Shown: piece by piece, positions 20,040 to 30,664 of the stretch
Position numbering within the stretch: the first letter of the stretch is position 1
Layout of the letters: every line of letters begins with the position of its first letter
Source: an uncultured Planctomycetota bacterium
Lineage (GTDB): Bacteria; Planctomycetota; Planctomycetia; Gemmatales; Gemmataceae
DNA: 64,000 bases
Assembly: GCA_963849325.1 (NCBI GenBank)
Contig: CAWKHF010000012.1
Coordinates: 512,001-576,000 of the forward strand
Direction of reading: 5' to 3'
Translations under genes and position numbers: made by a program
Notes under the pieces: generated by a model
Told to the model about the DNA's origin: nothing
Database searches by the model: none
What the model saw: the letters and a program-made list of their open reading frames with translations, nothing else

Positions 20040-20288
20040 ATGGCGGGATTGAATGACACGCATCCGGAAGCCGAGCAGGTGCTGCGCGAGGCGTTACGCA
20101 AAATGCCCTTCGCCGCGCGATTGCGACAGATGGACGTTATTTACCGCACCGCCCGGATTCTGCACGCGCTGGGCGTTCGCCAACGCAATCCCGCCGCGAC
20201 GGAGGAAATGATTCAAGACGACTGGCGGAACGTTGCTCTCGGATCGGAACTGGTGCGACAGATCAAGGAGACGCGATGTGGAAAGTAA
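20040..20288 (+). CDS. Small hypothetical protein coupled to the downstream NTase (antitoxin-like)
   Basis: 82 aa, DTHPEAEQV...LRKMP; overlaps the next start. Confidence 0.6.
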   Translation: MAGLNDTHPEAEQVLREALRKMPFAARLRQMDVIYRTARILHALGVRQRNPAATEEMIQDDWRNVALGSELVRQIKETRCGK

Positions 20289-20856
20289 CAAGGAGAACGT
20301 GACCGTCATTCAAGAAGTCGTCGCCGTGCTCGCCCGTTTGGGGATCCTTTATGCGGTAGGCGGTTCCTGGGCCAGTTCCCTATTCGGCAAGCCGCGCTTC
20401 ACGCACGGCGCCGACATCACCGTGGAGCCGTTCCCCGGCAAAGAAGCCGCTTTTTGCGACTCCTTCGGAGAGGATTACTATGTGAGCCTGCCCATGATCC
20501 AGGATGCGATTCAGCGTCGGTCCTCCTTCAACATCATCCATTGGCCTAGTAGTTTCAAGGTAGACCTGTTCGTTCGCAAGGATCGTCCCTTTGAGGCATC
20601 CGTCCTGGCGCGCCGGCACATTTATCCGTTACCGGACGGACAATCCTTCACACTCGTCAGCCCCGAGGACATCATTCTGCTGAAGTTGGAATGGTATCGT
20701 CTGGGAGGCGACACTTCCGAACGTCAATGGGGGGACATTCTGGGGGTGTTCCAGGTGCAGGCGAGTAAGCTCGATCAGGCGTATCTCGCTCACTGGGCCG
20801 CCGACCTCGGCGTCCGCGACCTGCTCGAGCGCGCACGCCAGGAGAGCGGTGTCTGA
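20278..20856 (+). CDS. Nucleotidyltransferase-fold protein (DUF6036-like)
   Basis: AAGGAG RBS + GTG; YAVGGSWASSLFGKPRFTHGADI, KVDLF, SPEDIILLKL. Confidence 0.7.
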   Translation: MESNKENVTVIQEVVAVLARLGILYAVGGSWASSLFGKPRFTHGADITVEPFPGKEAAFCDSFGEDYYVSLPMIQDAIQRRSSFNIIHWPSSFKVDLFVRKDRPFEASVLARRHIYPLPDGQSFTLVSPEDIILLKLEWYRLGGDTSERQWGDILGVFQVQASKLDQAYLAHWAADLGVRDLLERARQESGV

Positions 20857-21785
20857 TGTCCGCGACGGCCCCCTCCCTCGGTCGAGCGCGCCTGTGCATC
20901 GTGCTCGCCGCCCTGCTGTGGAGCACCAGTGGCGCGTTCACCAAGCTGCTGCGCGAGAACACCGGGTTTGGCCTGAACGAGCCGGCCATCGACCCGCTGA
21001 CGATCGCCTTCTGGCGCGTCCTGTTCGCCGCCGCCGTGCTGCTACCTTTGGTCCGCCGCCACGAGCTGACCTTCGGGCCGGCCCTGTGGCTGATGGGACT
21101 GGCGTTCGCGCTGATGAACGCGCTGTTCATCTCGGCGATGGCGCTGGGCTCGTCGGCCAACGCCATCCTGTTGCAATACACGGCGCCGATGTGGGTGTAC
21201 CTGATTGGCGCCGGCGTGCTGGGCGAGTCGGCCGACCGCCGTGGCACGGTGGCGCTGGGGATCGGCCTGGTGGGAATTGCCGTCCTCGTCGCCGGCGGCT
21301 GGGCCGGCAGTCGGCTGCCGGCCGTCGCCCTGGCCGCCGGCAGCGGTCTGTCCTACGCCCTGGTCCTGATCGGCCTACGCTTCCAGCGCGGTTCCTCCTC
21401 GCGCTGGCTGACAGCCTTCAACCATCTGTTCAGCGCCGTAGTACTGGCGCCGCTGGTCTGGCGCGAACCGCTGCCGAGCGGGCCGCAGCTGGCCGTGCTG
21501 TTCGTCTATGGGACGGTGCAGATGGCGCTGCCGTATTGGCTGCTGGCCGTCAGTCTGCGCCGCCTCGGCGCCCGCGAGGCCGGCATGTTGACCTTGATTG
21601 AGCCGGTGCTGAATCCGCTGTGGGCGTACCTGGCCTCTCCCGCGACCGAGGCACCGACGGTGTGGACGCTGGCCGGCAGCGCGTGCATCGTTGGGGCGCT
21701 GGCGTGGCGTTACTGGCCGGTGCGCAAAGAGGCCACCGGAGTCTGCGGCTTACAGGTTGAGAGCCGAGTGAAGGATCTCCCATGA
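20856..21785 (+). CDS. EamA/DMT family transporter
   Basis: About 10 hydrophobic segments; LWSTSG, LQYTAP, IEPVLNPLW. Confidence 0.88.
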   Translation: MSATAPSLGRARLCIVLAALLWSTSGAFTKLLRENTGFGLNEPAIDPLTIAFWRVLFAAAVLLPLVRRHELTFGPALWLMGLAFALMNALFISAMALGSSANAILLQYTAPMWVYLIGAGVLGESADRRGTVALGIGLVGIAVLVAGGWAGSRLPAVALAAGSGLSYALVLIGLRFQRGSSSRWLTAFNHLFSAVVLAPLVWREPLPSGPQLAVLFVYGTVQMALPYWLLAVSLRRLGAREAGMLTLIEPVLNPLWAYLASPATEAPTVWTLAGSACIVGALAWRYWPVRKEATGVCGLQVESRVKDLP

Positions 21786-21949
21786 CCGAAGCGGGGTTTT
21801 CCTTGACCTCCATCCTTCCTTCCGATAGTTTGCGCAAGGGGTGCCCCTATGCCCCGAGCTTGCACTCCTTGACGCCTGGCGCGTTTCGATTCCTGCCGAG
21901 AGCCGATACTGTTCGCCCCCTGCCAATGCTCATTCATCTGGAGTACCGC

Positions 21950-24229
21950 ATGAGGATCGCAGCCGAGGCGTGGTGGAAGCGCGGCTTACGGATGGGAGCA
22001 TTGGCCCTGGGGGCCTTGTTCGTGGCCGGTTCGCTGCAAGCCGCTGCTCCGGTGCCATCCAATCACGCGGCACAGATGACGCGCGGCCGCGAGCTGTTCG
22101 CCGCGCACGTCCGCGCCATCCTCCTGGACCGATGCGTCAAGTGCCACGGCGGCGAGAAGACTCGCGGGGGACTCGACCTGACCAGCCGCGAGGCGCTGCT
22201 CAAGGGTGGCGACAACGGTCCCGTCATCGTGCCGCACCAGGCCAGGGCCAGCCGTCTCTATCGGCTCGCCGCCCACCTGGACAAGCCGCACATGCCGCCC
22301 AAGGGCGATAAACTCTCCGAGCAGCAAGTGGCCCATCTCGCCGCCTGGATCGACCTCGGGGCGCCCTACGATCGTCCTCTTCTGAACAAGGCCGCGACCA
22401 GAAAGGCCATGATCGTCACTGACGAGGACCGCCAATTCTGGTCCTTCCAACCGCTCCAGCGGCCGATGCTGCCGAAGATCCGGAATGAGGCGTGGTGCCG
22501 GACGCCGATCGATCGCTTCATCGTGGCGAAGCTGGAAGAGAAAGATTTGACGCCCAATGCGGAGGCGGATAGACGCAAATTGATCCGGCGGGCGTACTTC
22601 GACCTGGTTGGCCTGCCACCGGCCCCGGAGGAGGTCGAGGCGTTTGTCCAAGATCCCTCGGCGGACGCCTACGATCAGCTGCTCGACCGCCTGCTGTCCA
22701 GCCCGCACTTCGGCGAACGCTGGGCGCGGCACTGGCTCGACATCGCCCGTTTCGCCGAGAGCCACGGTTACGAGCAGGACTACGACCGGCCCAACGCCTA
22801 TCCCTACCGCGATTTCGTCATCCGTGCCTTCAACCAGGACTTGCCTTACGACACCTTTGTTCGCTGGCAACTGGCTGGCGACGAAATCGAGCCGGACAAC
22901 CCGCTGGCCCTGACGGCGACCGGCTTCCTCGCCGCCGGCGTTCACAGCACGCAGATCACCAAAAACCAGGTCGAGAAGGAACGCTATGACGAGTTGGACG
23001 ACATGGCCCGCACCGTCGGCACGGCCATGCTCGGTCTGACGATCGGCTGTGCCCGCTGTCACGATCACAAGTACGACCCGATTCCGACGAAGGATTACTA
23101 TCGGCTGCTGTCCACGTTCACCCGGACGGTTCGCTCCGATTACGACATCGTTCCGGATAAATCGGACCCGAAAGGGGCGAAGATCAAGGCGCTGATTTGC
23201 AGCGAGGGAGTGCCGGCGGTGCGCACGCACACGCAGGGCGGCGACTTCCTGCAACACACGCACTTCCTTCATCGCGGCGACCCCAACCAGAAGGGCGACA
23301 TCGCCACCCCGGGCTTCCCGCAAGTGCTGCTGCGCAGCCCTGACGACGAAACGCGCTGGCAAATCAAGCCGCCGCCCGGCTGGCGAACCTCGTATCAGCG
23401 CCGCGCCCTGGCCGGCTGGATCACCGACGTCGAGCATGGCGCCGGTCATCTGCTGGCCCGCGTCATCGTCAATCGACTCTGGCAGCACCACCTCGGCCGA
23501 GGTATCGTCGCCACGCCCAGCGATTTCGGCTACCAGGGCGAGAGGCCGACGCACCCCGAACTGCTCGACTGGCTGGCGGCGGAATTGATCGCCAACGGCT
23601 GGCGCCTCAAGCCGATCCACAAGCTTATCATGCGGAGCGCCGTCTATCGGCAAGGTTCGCGGCTCGACCGGGAGCGGGCGCGCGCGGACGTGGACAATCG
23701 GCTGTATGGCCGCCGCGTGCCGCGGCGACTGGAGGCCGAGATCATCCGCGACTCCCTGCTCGCCGTCAGCGGCCGCCTCGATCCCCGCATGTTTGGCTCC
23801 GGTACGCTCGACCCGAACATGAAACGGCGCTCGATCTACTTCTTCATCAAGCGCAGCAAACTCATCCCGACGATGGTGCTCTTCGACGGACCCGACTCGC
23901 TGCAAGGCGTCGAGCAGCGCACGACGACGACCATCGCGCCACAGGCGCTGTTGCTCATGAACAACGCCCTGGTCCGCGGCTGTGCCGAGGGTCTCGCCCA
24001 GCGCATCAGCCCTTCGGCCGGCGTGAAAGTAAAGGACGCCCTGCGTTCCGGCTATGCTATCGCCCTGGGCCGAACGCCCTCGAAGAGAGAGCTGAGCGAA
24101 TCCATCCAGTTCGTCACCGAGCAGATGGCGTCCTATCAAGCCGAGGGCAAAGCCGAGCCGCGGCGCTTGGCGTTGACGGACTTCTGCCAGGTGCTGATGG
24201 AACTCAACGAATTCGTCTACGTCGATTGA
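21950..24229 (+). CDS. Planctomycete cytochrome c / DUF1549 / DUF1553 protein
   Basis: CVKCH, WSFQP, GERWARHWLD, CARCHDHKYDP, PTHPELLDWLA, RRLEAEIIRD. Confidence 0.92.
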   Translation: MRIAAEAWWKRGLRMGALALGALFVAGSLQAAAPVPSNHAAQMTRGRELFAAHVRAILLDRCVKCHGGEKTRGGLDLTSREALLKGGDNGPVIVPHQARASRLYRLAAHLDKPHMPPKGDKLSEQQVAHLAAWIDLGAPYDRPLLNKAATRKAMIVTDEDRQFWSFQPLQRPMLPKIRNEAWCRTPIDRFIVAKLEEKDLTPNAEADRRKLIRRAYFDLVGLPPAPEEVEAFVQDPSADAYDQLLDRLLSSPHFGERWARHWLDIARFAESHGYEQDYDRPNAYPYRDFVIRAFNQDLPYDTFVRWQLAGDEIEPDNPLALTATGFLAAGVHSTQITKNQVEKERYDELDDMARTVGTAMLGLTIGCARCHDHKYDPIPTKDYYRLLSTFTRTVRSDYDIVPDKSDPKGAKIKALICSEGVPAVRTHTQGGDFLQHTHFLHRGDPNQKGDIATPGFPQVLLRSPDDETRWQIKPPPGWRTSYQRRALAGWITDVEHGAGHLLARVIVNRLWQHHLGRGIVATPSDFGYQGERPTHPELLDWLAAELIANGWRLKPIHKLIMRSAVYRQGSRLDRERARADVDNRLYGRRVPRRLEAEIIRDSLLAVSGRLDPRMFGSGTLDPNMKRRSIYFFIKRSKLIPTMVLFDGPDSLQGVEQRTTTTIAPQALLLMNNALVRGCAEGLAQRISPSAGVKVKDALRSGYAIALGRTPSKRELSESIQFVTEQMASYQAEGKAEPRRLALTDFCQVLMELNEFVYVD

Positions 24230-24247
24230 CCCGCGAGGGGATGCCTC

Positions 24248-24980
24248 ATGCCGCTGCTCGATCACTTTCATCCGCCGTTGCAACTCCAGTATCCCTGGGA
24301 CTCGTTCCATTCCAGCTGGGCGACCCGGCTGGCCGATGCGCTCAACGATGAGTGGCTGCCTCCCGAGTTTCTCGCCGTCGAACACACTCATGCCGGCACC
24401 CACCTGGAGATTGACGTCGCAACCCTGGAACGCTCGACGCCGCGTCCCGATACCTCGCCCAACGGCAGCGCAACCGCCACCTTGGCGAAGACGTGGGCGC
24501 CGCCGGCGCCGGCGCGCACCATGCCGGCCGTCTTCCCCGATACCTTTGAAGTGCGTGTCTTCTCGACGACCAGTGGTCTCACGCTCGTGGGCGCGATCGA
24601 GTTGATAAGCCCTTCCAACAAGGACCGGGCGGACGAGCGGCGCAGCGTTCGCCACCAAATGCGCCAGCTATCTTCATCAAGGCATCAGTCTCGTGATCCT
24701 CGATATCGTGACGAATCGACGCGCCAACCTGCATAACGAGACGATGCGGTTGATGAATGCGGCCAACGAGATGGACCTTCCGGCGGCGGTGGAGTTGTAT
24801 GCAGTGGCGTACCGCCCTGTTCGACGTGAGGAACGGCCGGAAATAGATGTCTGGACCTCGACTGTCGCTATCGGCGCACCCTTGCCGGTCATGCCTTTGC
24901 GTTTGACCGGCGACCTGTTCGTTCCGGTCGATTTCGAGGCGACCTACCAGGAAGCGTGCCGGCGACGGCGGATCATCTGA
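24248..24980 (+). CDS. DUF4058 family protein, frameshift near 24646
   Basis: MPLLDHFHPP, AIELISPSNK, second frame LPVMPL...VDFEATY. Confidence 0.8.
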
Positions 24981-24992
24981 GACGAGACAGCC

Positions 24993-26477
24993 ATGACGAT
25001 CCCTCACCTGTTCGGAAACCCGTCTTCGTCCTTTCTCTCTCGCCGCGAGTTCTTCCGGCGTACCGGCAACGGCTTCGGCCTGCTCGCGCTGGCCGGGTTG
25101 ATGCAGCAACAAGGACTCCTCGCCGCCGCGCCGGATGCCGCCGACTTGCATCTGCATCCGCTGGCGCCGCGCGCCGGACACTTCTCCGGCAAGGCGAAAT
25201 CGGTCATCTGGCTGTTCATGAACGGCGGACCCAGCCAGGTCGATACCTGGGACTACAAGCCGGAACTGACGAAAGCGGACGGTAAGGAACTCAAGGGTTT
25301 CGACAAGGACACCGGCTTTTTCACCGACCAGGTCGGGCCTCTTATGAAGTCGCCGTTCGCCTGGAAACAGCACGGCCATTCCGGGACGTGGGTGCCGGAC
25401 ATCTTCCCGAACCTGGCCCGGCACGTCGATGACATCGCTTTCCTCCATTCCTGCTGGACCGAGACGAACAACCATTCGCCGGCCCTATTCCAGATCAACA
25501 CCGGCATGAGTCGCATGGGCTTCCCCTGTGTCGGTGCCTGGGTGACGTATGGCCTGGGCAGTGAAAACCAGAACTTGCCGGCGTTCGTGACGATGTACGA
25601 CACCCTCGGCCGCGGTCTGCCGAAAGGCCACGCACAGAACTGGGGCGCCGGCTTCCTGCCCGGCATCTACCAGGGCACGGCCCTCAATCCGCAGGGCGAG
25701 CCGATCGATAACCTGACGCGCGATCCGCGCCAGAGCGTCGCCCAGCAGCGCCGTCAGCTCGATCTGCTGCGCCGGCTCAACCAGGAACACCAGCAACAGC
25801 ACGAGGCCGATACGGAGCTAACTGCGCGCATCGAGAGCTTCGAGCTGGCCTACCGCATGCAGATGGCCGCGCCCGACGCCCTCGACATCCGCAAGGAGCC
25901 GGCGACGATTCACAAGTTGTACGGTCTGGATAATCCCCAATGCAAGCACTTCGCCAAGCAGTGCCTGATGGCGCGGCGGCTGGTGGAGCGCGGTGTGCGT
26001 TTCGTGCAGATCTACTCGGGCGGCATGGAGAACGAACGCAGCTGGGACGGCCACACCGACATCGCCGCCAATCACCGCCAGTTCGCCGGCGAGACGGACA
26101 TCCCCATCGCGGCCTTGCTGACGGACCTCAAGAATCGCGGCTTGCTGGCGGAAACGCTGGTGATCTGGGGCGGCGAGTTTGGGCGGCTGCCGGTGGCGCA
26201 GCGACCCAAGAACGGCAAGCAGACTGGACGCGATCACAACCCCCACGCCTTCACCACCTGGTTCGCCGGCGGCGGCGTCAAGGGCGGCGTTCACTACGGC
26301 GAAACCGACGAGATCGGCCACAAGGCCGCCGTCGATCGCGTGTCGGTCCACGACCTGCACGCCACCATCCTGCACCTGCTCGGGTTGGACCACACGCGCC
26401 TGACCTATCGCTACAACGGCCGAAACTTCCGCCTGACCGACGTGTACGGCGAGGTCGTCCAGAAGATCCTTGCTTGA
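24993..26477 (+). CDS. DUF1501 domain protein with Tat signal
   Basis: SRREFF, FMNGGPSQVDTWDYKP, WGGEFGRLP, GRDHNP, DLHATILHLLG. Confidence 0.93.
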   Translation: MTIPHLFGNPSSSFLSRREFFRRTGNGFGLLALAGLMQQQGLLAAAPDAADLHLHPLAPRAGHFSGKAKSVIWLFMNGGPSQVDTWDYKPELTKADGKELKGFDKDTGFFTDQVGPLMKSPFAWKQHGHSGTWVPDIFPNLARHVDDIAFLHSCWTETNNHSPALFQINTGMSRMGFPCVGAWVTYGLGSENQNLPAFVTMYDTLGRGLPKGHAQNWGAGFLPGIYQGTALNPQGEPIDNLTRDPRQSVAQQRRQLDLLRRLNQEHQQQHEADTELTARIESFELAYRMQMAAPDALDIRKEPATIHKLYGLDNPQCKHFAKQCLMARRLVERGVRFVQIYSGGMENERSWDGHTDIAANHRQFAGETDIPIAALLTDLKNRGLLAETLVIWGGEFGRLPVAQRPKNGKQTGRDHNPHAFTTWFAGGGVKGGVHYGETDEIGHKAAVDRVSVHDLHATILHLLGLDHTRLTYRYNGRNFRLTDVYGEVVQKILA

Positions 26478-26502
26478 GCGGCTATTCCCCAGCCCATTTC
26501 CT

Positions 26503-26542
26503 GTTTAGCCGCGACGCGCTCCGCTGCGCGTCGCGGCTAAAC
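26503..26542. repeat. REP-like palindrome family C
   Basis: GTTTAGCCGCGACGCG...CGCGTCGCGGCTAAAC; related copies at 36033 and 51736. Confidence 0.85.
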
Positions 26543-26567
26543 GAAGGTATTCCTGGGGCGATCTTAT

Positions 26568-28129
26568 TTAATTGGAGACGTTGGCCTTCTGCGCCCGACT
26601 GTGCCATTCGTCGAGCAGTCGGCCAATATCGCGGTAGGAAAAGTCGATATTGGCCAACTCGGTGGCCACGTCGATGGCCTTGGACAGCTCGTTGGCCTCG
26701 GCCGAGCCGACGGCCAACTCGTAAAGGACTTCCTTACGGTGGGTCGTCTCGCCGGCCGGCAAGTTCTTCAGAGCTTCCTCGAAATTACGCTCCGCCAATC
26801 GCCAGTTGTTGCGGGCCTTGAAGCAGTGGCCCAGCTGGGACAACGACTGCCAGCGGTAGCGCGGATCGGCGCGCGACGCTTGCAGCTCGCGGATGGCCTC
26901 ATCAATCTGTCCGGCGCGATGCAGACGGACGCCGACTTCGTATCGATGGCTCATCTCGGTCGGATAGCGGTCGGCCTTCTGACGGTGCATGTCCAGTTCG
27001 CGCGTGTTGATCTCCTTGCGCAGACGGGCGCGGAGGCGGCGTAGTTCGGCATTCTCCGGATCGGCCTTGAGCTTCTCCTCGGTGATGGTCAGGTTACGGC
27101 GGAACGGCTCGACATCGATGTCGGCCAGCTCCAGGCTCAGCTCGAAGGAGTTCCCGGTCGGTCCGAGACCTTCCTGCAAGGCCGCGCGTGCCCGCTCCAG
27201 GTCGTTGCCGCGACGGTAGACGGCGGCCAATTGCAGATACAAATAGGGGCTGGTCGGATCGTCCCGGAGACGAGCGCGCAACGGGGCGGCTTCGCGTTCG
27301 AGGCGATCTTGGAGGACGGCGTTGCCGGCTGCATTATTCGTCGGGGCAGGTTTGGGCTTGGGCGCGGCGTTCTGCGTCGGCGGCGGAGGCGTCTGCCCGG
27401 TCTGCATCCACCACGACGCCGCGGGCATTTGTTCCGTGCTGTCTTTCTTCCTCGGACCCTCGCTCTCCGCGGGGGCCGGGTCGGTCGTCGTCCCGGCGGC
27501 GGGCTTGACGACCGACTGGTACTGACCGCGGGCGATGGTGTCGTCGGCCGCCAGGCCGCGGATCTTATGCTGCGCTTCGGGGTCGGTCGGCCGGGCCTTG
27601 TGGATCAGCTCCCACAGGGCGATGGCCTGGGTGAAGTTGCCACGCTTCTCGTACAGGTGGGCCAGGGCGCGGTTGACGGCCACGTCGAACGCCTGCTTCT
27701 GCCGGGCTTGCTCCAGGTTCCAGATGGCCAGGTCGAGCAGACCGAGGACGTCGGCGGCCTCGGACATGTCCATCTGGGCGGCCACGTCCCAGGGATTGCG
27801 CGTGAGCAGACGCTCGCCGTGCTCCAGCGCCTTCAGATAATCGCCGGGCGCAGGGCAGCCTTCAAACGGGCACGGATCGGCCAGGTCGTCAGCCAGGCGA
27901 ACAGGCTGCCGCGCAGGTTGTTGCGATACTTGGCCTTCTCGGTGCGGCGCAGGGCCTGCCGATAGAGGAGATTGCCGGGATCGAGCTTGCAGCAGCTGAG
28001 CAGCAGGCGGATACCGTAGTCGTAATGGCCCGTGGCCACCACCTGGTTGGCGCGCTCGAACTGTCCGGCGGCGACGCGGCGGTGTTCGGGATTGACCGGG
28101 AGCAGGATCGCAGCCTTGGCCTTCGTCAT
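26568..28129 (-). CDS. Tetratricopeptide repeat protein, frameshift near 27850
   Basis: Helical repeats such as LAHLYEKRGNFTQAIALWE and LGHCFKARNNWRLAERNFEEAL. Confidence 0.75.
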
Positions 28130-28224
28130 CGAAGTTCCCCGTCTCGTGAAATCCGCCCGCACTCTGCAAATTATCACAGTACCACAGTCACGGCGACCGT
28201 CAAGAAACTATTTCCCCAGCCGAT

Positions 28225-28839
28225 TCACGCGCCACGAAAATGCGGCGCCAGGGCCTCGCGCATGAGTTGGCGGGAACGGTGCAGACGGCTCTTGATGGCC
28301 GGCAGGCTGAGGCCGAGCCGTTGGGCGATGACGGCGTTGGGCAAGCCTTCGACATCGGCCAGCACAAAGACGTTGCGATAGATCGGCGGTAGGCCGGCGA
28401 TGGCCCGCTCGATCAGGGCTTGCGTCTCGCGGCTGAGTAACTGCGCCTCGGGGGTGGAAGCGCCATCCCAGCCGGCTGCGGGGGCCGCCTCGCCGGCGAC
28501 GACCCGGTCGAACGGGTCGCGGCAGCGGCGCTCCTCGCGCACGGCTCGTTTGCGGCGGTGCGACAGGGCCGTGTTGACGGTGACGCGATGCAGCCAGGTC
28601 GGTAAGGCCGACTCGCCCCGAAAGGTGGGCAGTTTGCATACCACCTGGAGCAGCACGTCCTGCGTCACGTCCTCGGCGTCATCCTCACTGCGGACCATGC
28701 GCCGCGCGACGCGGTAGACGCGCGGTGCGTACGCATGGTAAACCTGCTCCGCGGACAGAGAGGCCGGTTGGGCCGAGACGGGACAAACATCCGGAAGGGC
28801 CGGCCGGCCGCCGGCCCCACTTCCACGAGAGGCATCCAT
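28225..28839 (-). CDS. ECF sigma-70 factor
   Basis: DAEDVTQDV, TWLHRVTVN, LPPIYRNVFVL, IKSRLHRSR. Confidence 0.9.
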   Translation of the reverse strand: MDASRGSGAGGRPALPDVCPVSAQPASLSAEQVYHAYAPRVYRVARRMVRSEDDAEDVTQDVLLQVVCKLPTFRGESALPTWLHRVTVNTALSHRRKRAVREERRCRDPFDRVVAGEAAPAAGWDGASTPEAQLLSRETQALIERAIAGLPPIYRNVFVLADVEGLPNAVIAQRLGLSLPAIKSRLHRSRQLMREALAPHFRGA

Positions 28840-28989
28840 GTTGTATCCCCTCTCCCAAGAGGGGCCATCATCTGCGCGTTTTTTCTTTTCTTCTCTATCC
28901 TTCACCATAGGGCGCACCCCACTCGCCGACAAGAGAGGATGTACGAAGGTTCTCTATCCGCTGTCTCCATCCCGCAAAGCGAGAGATCC

Positions 28990-29661
28990 ATGACCCAACG
29001 GCAAGTACAACCCGCGGCGGACTTCCGGGCCGTCCTCTTCGATTTCGACGGCACTCTGGGCGACAGCTATCCGGCCATCACGGCCAGCGTCAACCACGTC
29101 CGCAGCCAGCACGGCCTACCGCCGTTGAGCGAGCCGGAAGTGCGGCGTCACGTCGGCCGCGGCGCGGGATACTTGCTCTCTCACACCGTCCCGGCGGGCG
29201 CGGTGGAGGCGAACATCGAAGCGTATCGGGCGCATCATCCTTCGGTTCTGCGCAGCGGCACGCGCTTGCTGCCGGGCGCGGCGGAGGCGCTGCGGACGCT
29301 GCACGCGCGCGGCCTGCGGCTGGGGATATGCAGCAACAAGCCGGTCCTGTTCACGCGGGAACTGGTCGGGTATCTCGGTGTGGCGTCGTACCTCGATCTC
29401 ATTCTCGGCCCGGAGGACGTGGCGCGACCCAAGCCGGCCCCCGACATGCTGCAAACCGCCCTGTCGCGTCTCCAGGTGGCGGCGGCCGAGACGCTGTACG
29501 TCGGCGACATGGTCGTGGACATCCAGACGGCGCGGGCGGCCGGCGTTCCCGTCTGGGTGGTGCCCACCGGCTCGGACGAGATCGAGACACTGAAGCGAGG
29601 GCAACCGAATCGACTCTTGCGGGACCTCGATGAACTGCGCGGCCTCCTGATCGGCCCGTGA
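28990..29661 (+). CDS. HAD-family hydrolase (phosphoglycolate-phosphatase-like)
   Basis: FDFDGTL, SNK, KPAP, VGDMVVD. Confidence 0.9.
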   Translation: MTQRQVQPAADFRAVLFDFDGTLGDSYPAITASVNHVRSQHGLPPLSEPEVRRHVGRGAGYLLSHTVPAGAVEANIEAYRAHHPSVLRSGTRLLPGAAEALRTLHARGLRLGICSNKPVLFTRELVGYLGVASYLDLILGPEDVARPKPAPDMLQTALSRLQVAAAETLYVGDMVVDIQTARAAGVPVWVVPTGSDEIETLKRGQPNRLLRDLDELRGLLIGP

Positions 29662-29698
29662 CCGCGCGAGAAAGACAACAGGCACTAGCAGAATGACT

Positions 29699-29756
29699 CA
29701 CAAGCCCGCAGCGTCCGCGACGGGTTCTTAGCCGTCGCGGACGCTGCGGGCTTGTG
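29699..29756. repeat. REP-like palindrome (family A-related)
   Basis: 25-bp perfect IR CACAAGCCCGCAGCGTCCGCGACGG with an 8-nt loop. Confidence 0.85.
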
Positions 29757-29859
29757 GGCAAAAAGTTCGTGCATCGAATGCTCCTGGACAGCGGCGCAAG
29801 GGTGTCATACCTCTTTCTGAGGTTTCCGGTTTCGACTTCCCGCCTGTAGGGCCTCGATC

Positions 29860-30597
29860 GTGGAGCCATCCACCCTTCCGGTGCTGGCAGTGATCTTCCT
29901 GGCGACGACGATTCGTTCGACCTTCGGCTTTGGCGAAGCCCTGGTGGCGATGCCCTTGCTCGTCTTTGTCATCCCCGTGCCGGTGGCGACGCCGTTGGTC
30001 GCGCTGCTCTCCATCACCGTCGCGGCCGTGGTCATCGCCGAGGATTGGCGCAAGGTCCATTTCCGCAGCGCCGGCTGGCTCGTCCTGTCCGCCTTGTGCG
30101 GCATCCCGTTCGGCCTACTCCTGTTAATCTCCGCCGACGAACGCATCGTCAAGCTGGTCCTGGCGACGGTGATCCTCGCCTTCTCGATCGGTTGCTTATG
30201 CGGTCTTTGGCGCTTCGAGCTGAAAAGCGAACGTCTGACGTGGGTGCTGGGGTTCGGCTTCTTCTCGGGAGTTCTGGGCGGCGCCTACAACATGAACGGG
30301 CCACCTCTGGTGATCTACGGCATGTTGCGGCGCTGGTCCAGCGAGCGCTTTCGCGCCACGCTGCAAGGCTATTTTCTGCCGGCCAGCCTGGTTGGCTTGT
30401 ACGGCTACTGGGCGGCCGGTCTGTGGGTGCCGGCCGTGACACACTATTATCTCACGTCCTTACCGCTGGTGCTGGCGGCCATTTTCCTCGGCCGGACGAT
30501 CAATCGTCGTATGAAAGAGCAATCATTCGTTCGTTACGTCCACATCGGCCTGGTGATGGTGGGGGCCACGCTCTTGATTCAATCGTTGGCGCGATGA
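29860..30597 (+). CDS. TauE/SafE family membrane protein
   Basis: FGFGEALVAMP, GGAYNMNGPP, FRATLQGYF. Confidence 0.85.
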   Translation: MEPSTLPVLAVIFLATTIRSTFGFGEALVAMPLLVFVIPVPVATPLVALLSITVAAVVIAEDWRKVHFRSAGWLVLSALCGIPFGLLLLISADERIVKLVLATVILAFSIGCLCGLWRFELKSERLTWVLGFGFFSGVLGGAYNMNGPPLVIYGMLRRWSSERFRATLQGYFLPASLVGLYGYWAAGLWVPAVTHYYLTSLPLVLAAIFLGRTINRRMKEQSFVRYVHIGLVMVGATLLIQSLAR

Positions 30598-30603
30598 GGT
30601 CAT

Positions 30604-30664
30604 CTATCCGAGCCTGAAGCGTCAGCGAAGGAATCCCCTTCGCTAACGCTTCAGGCTCGGATAG
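30604..30664. repeat. REP-like palindrome family A, compact form
   Basis: CTATCCGAGCCTGAAGCGTCAGCGAAGG-AATCC-CCTTCGCTAACGCTTCAGGCTCGGATAG; supplies the stop codon of the GT39 gene. Confidence 0.9.

Noticed and set aside
21986-24658. 890-aa minus-strand ORF
   Set aside because: Antisense shadow of the DUF1549/DUF1553 gene.
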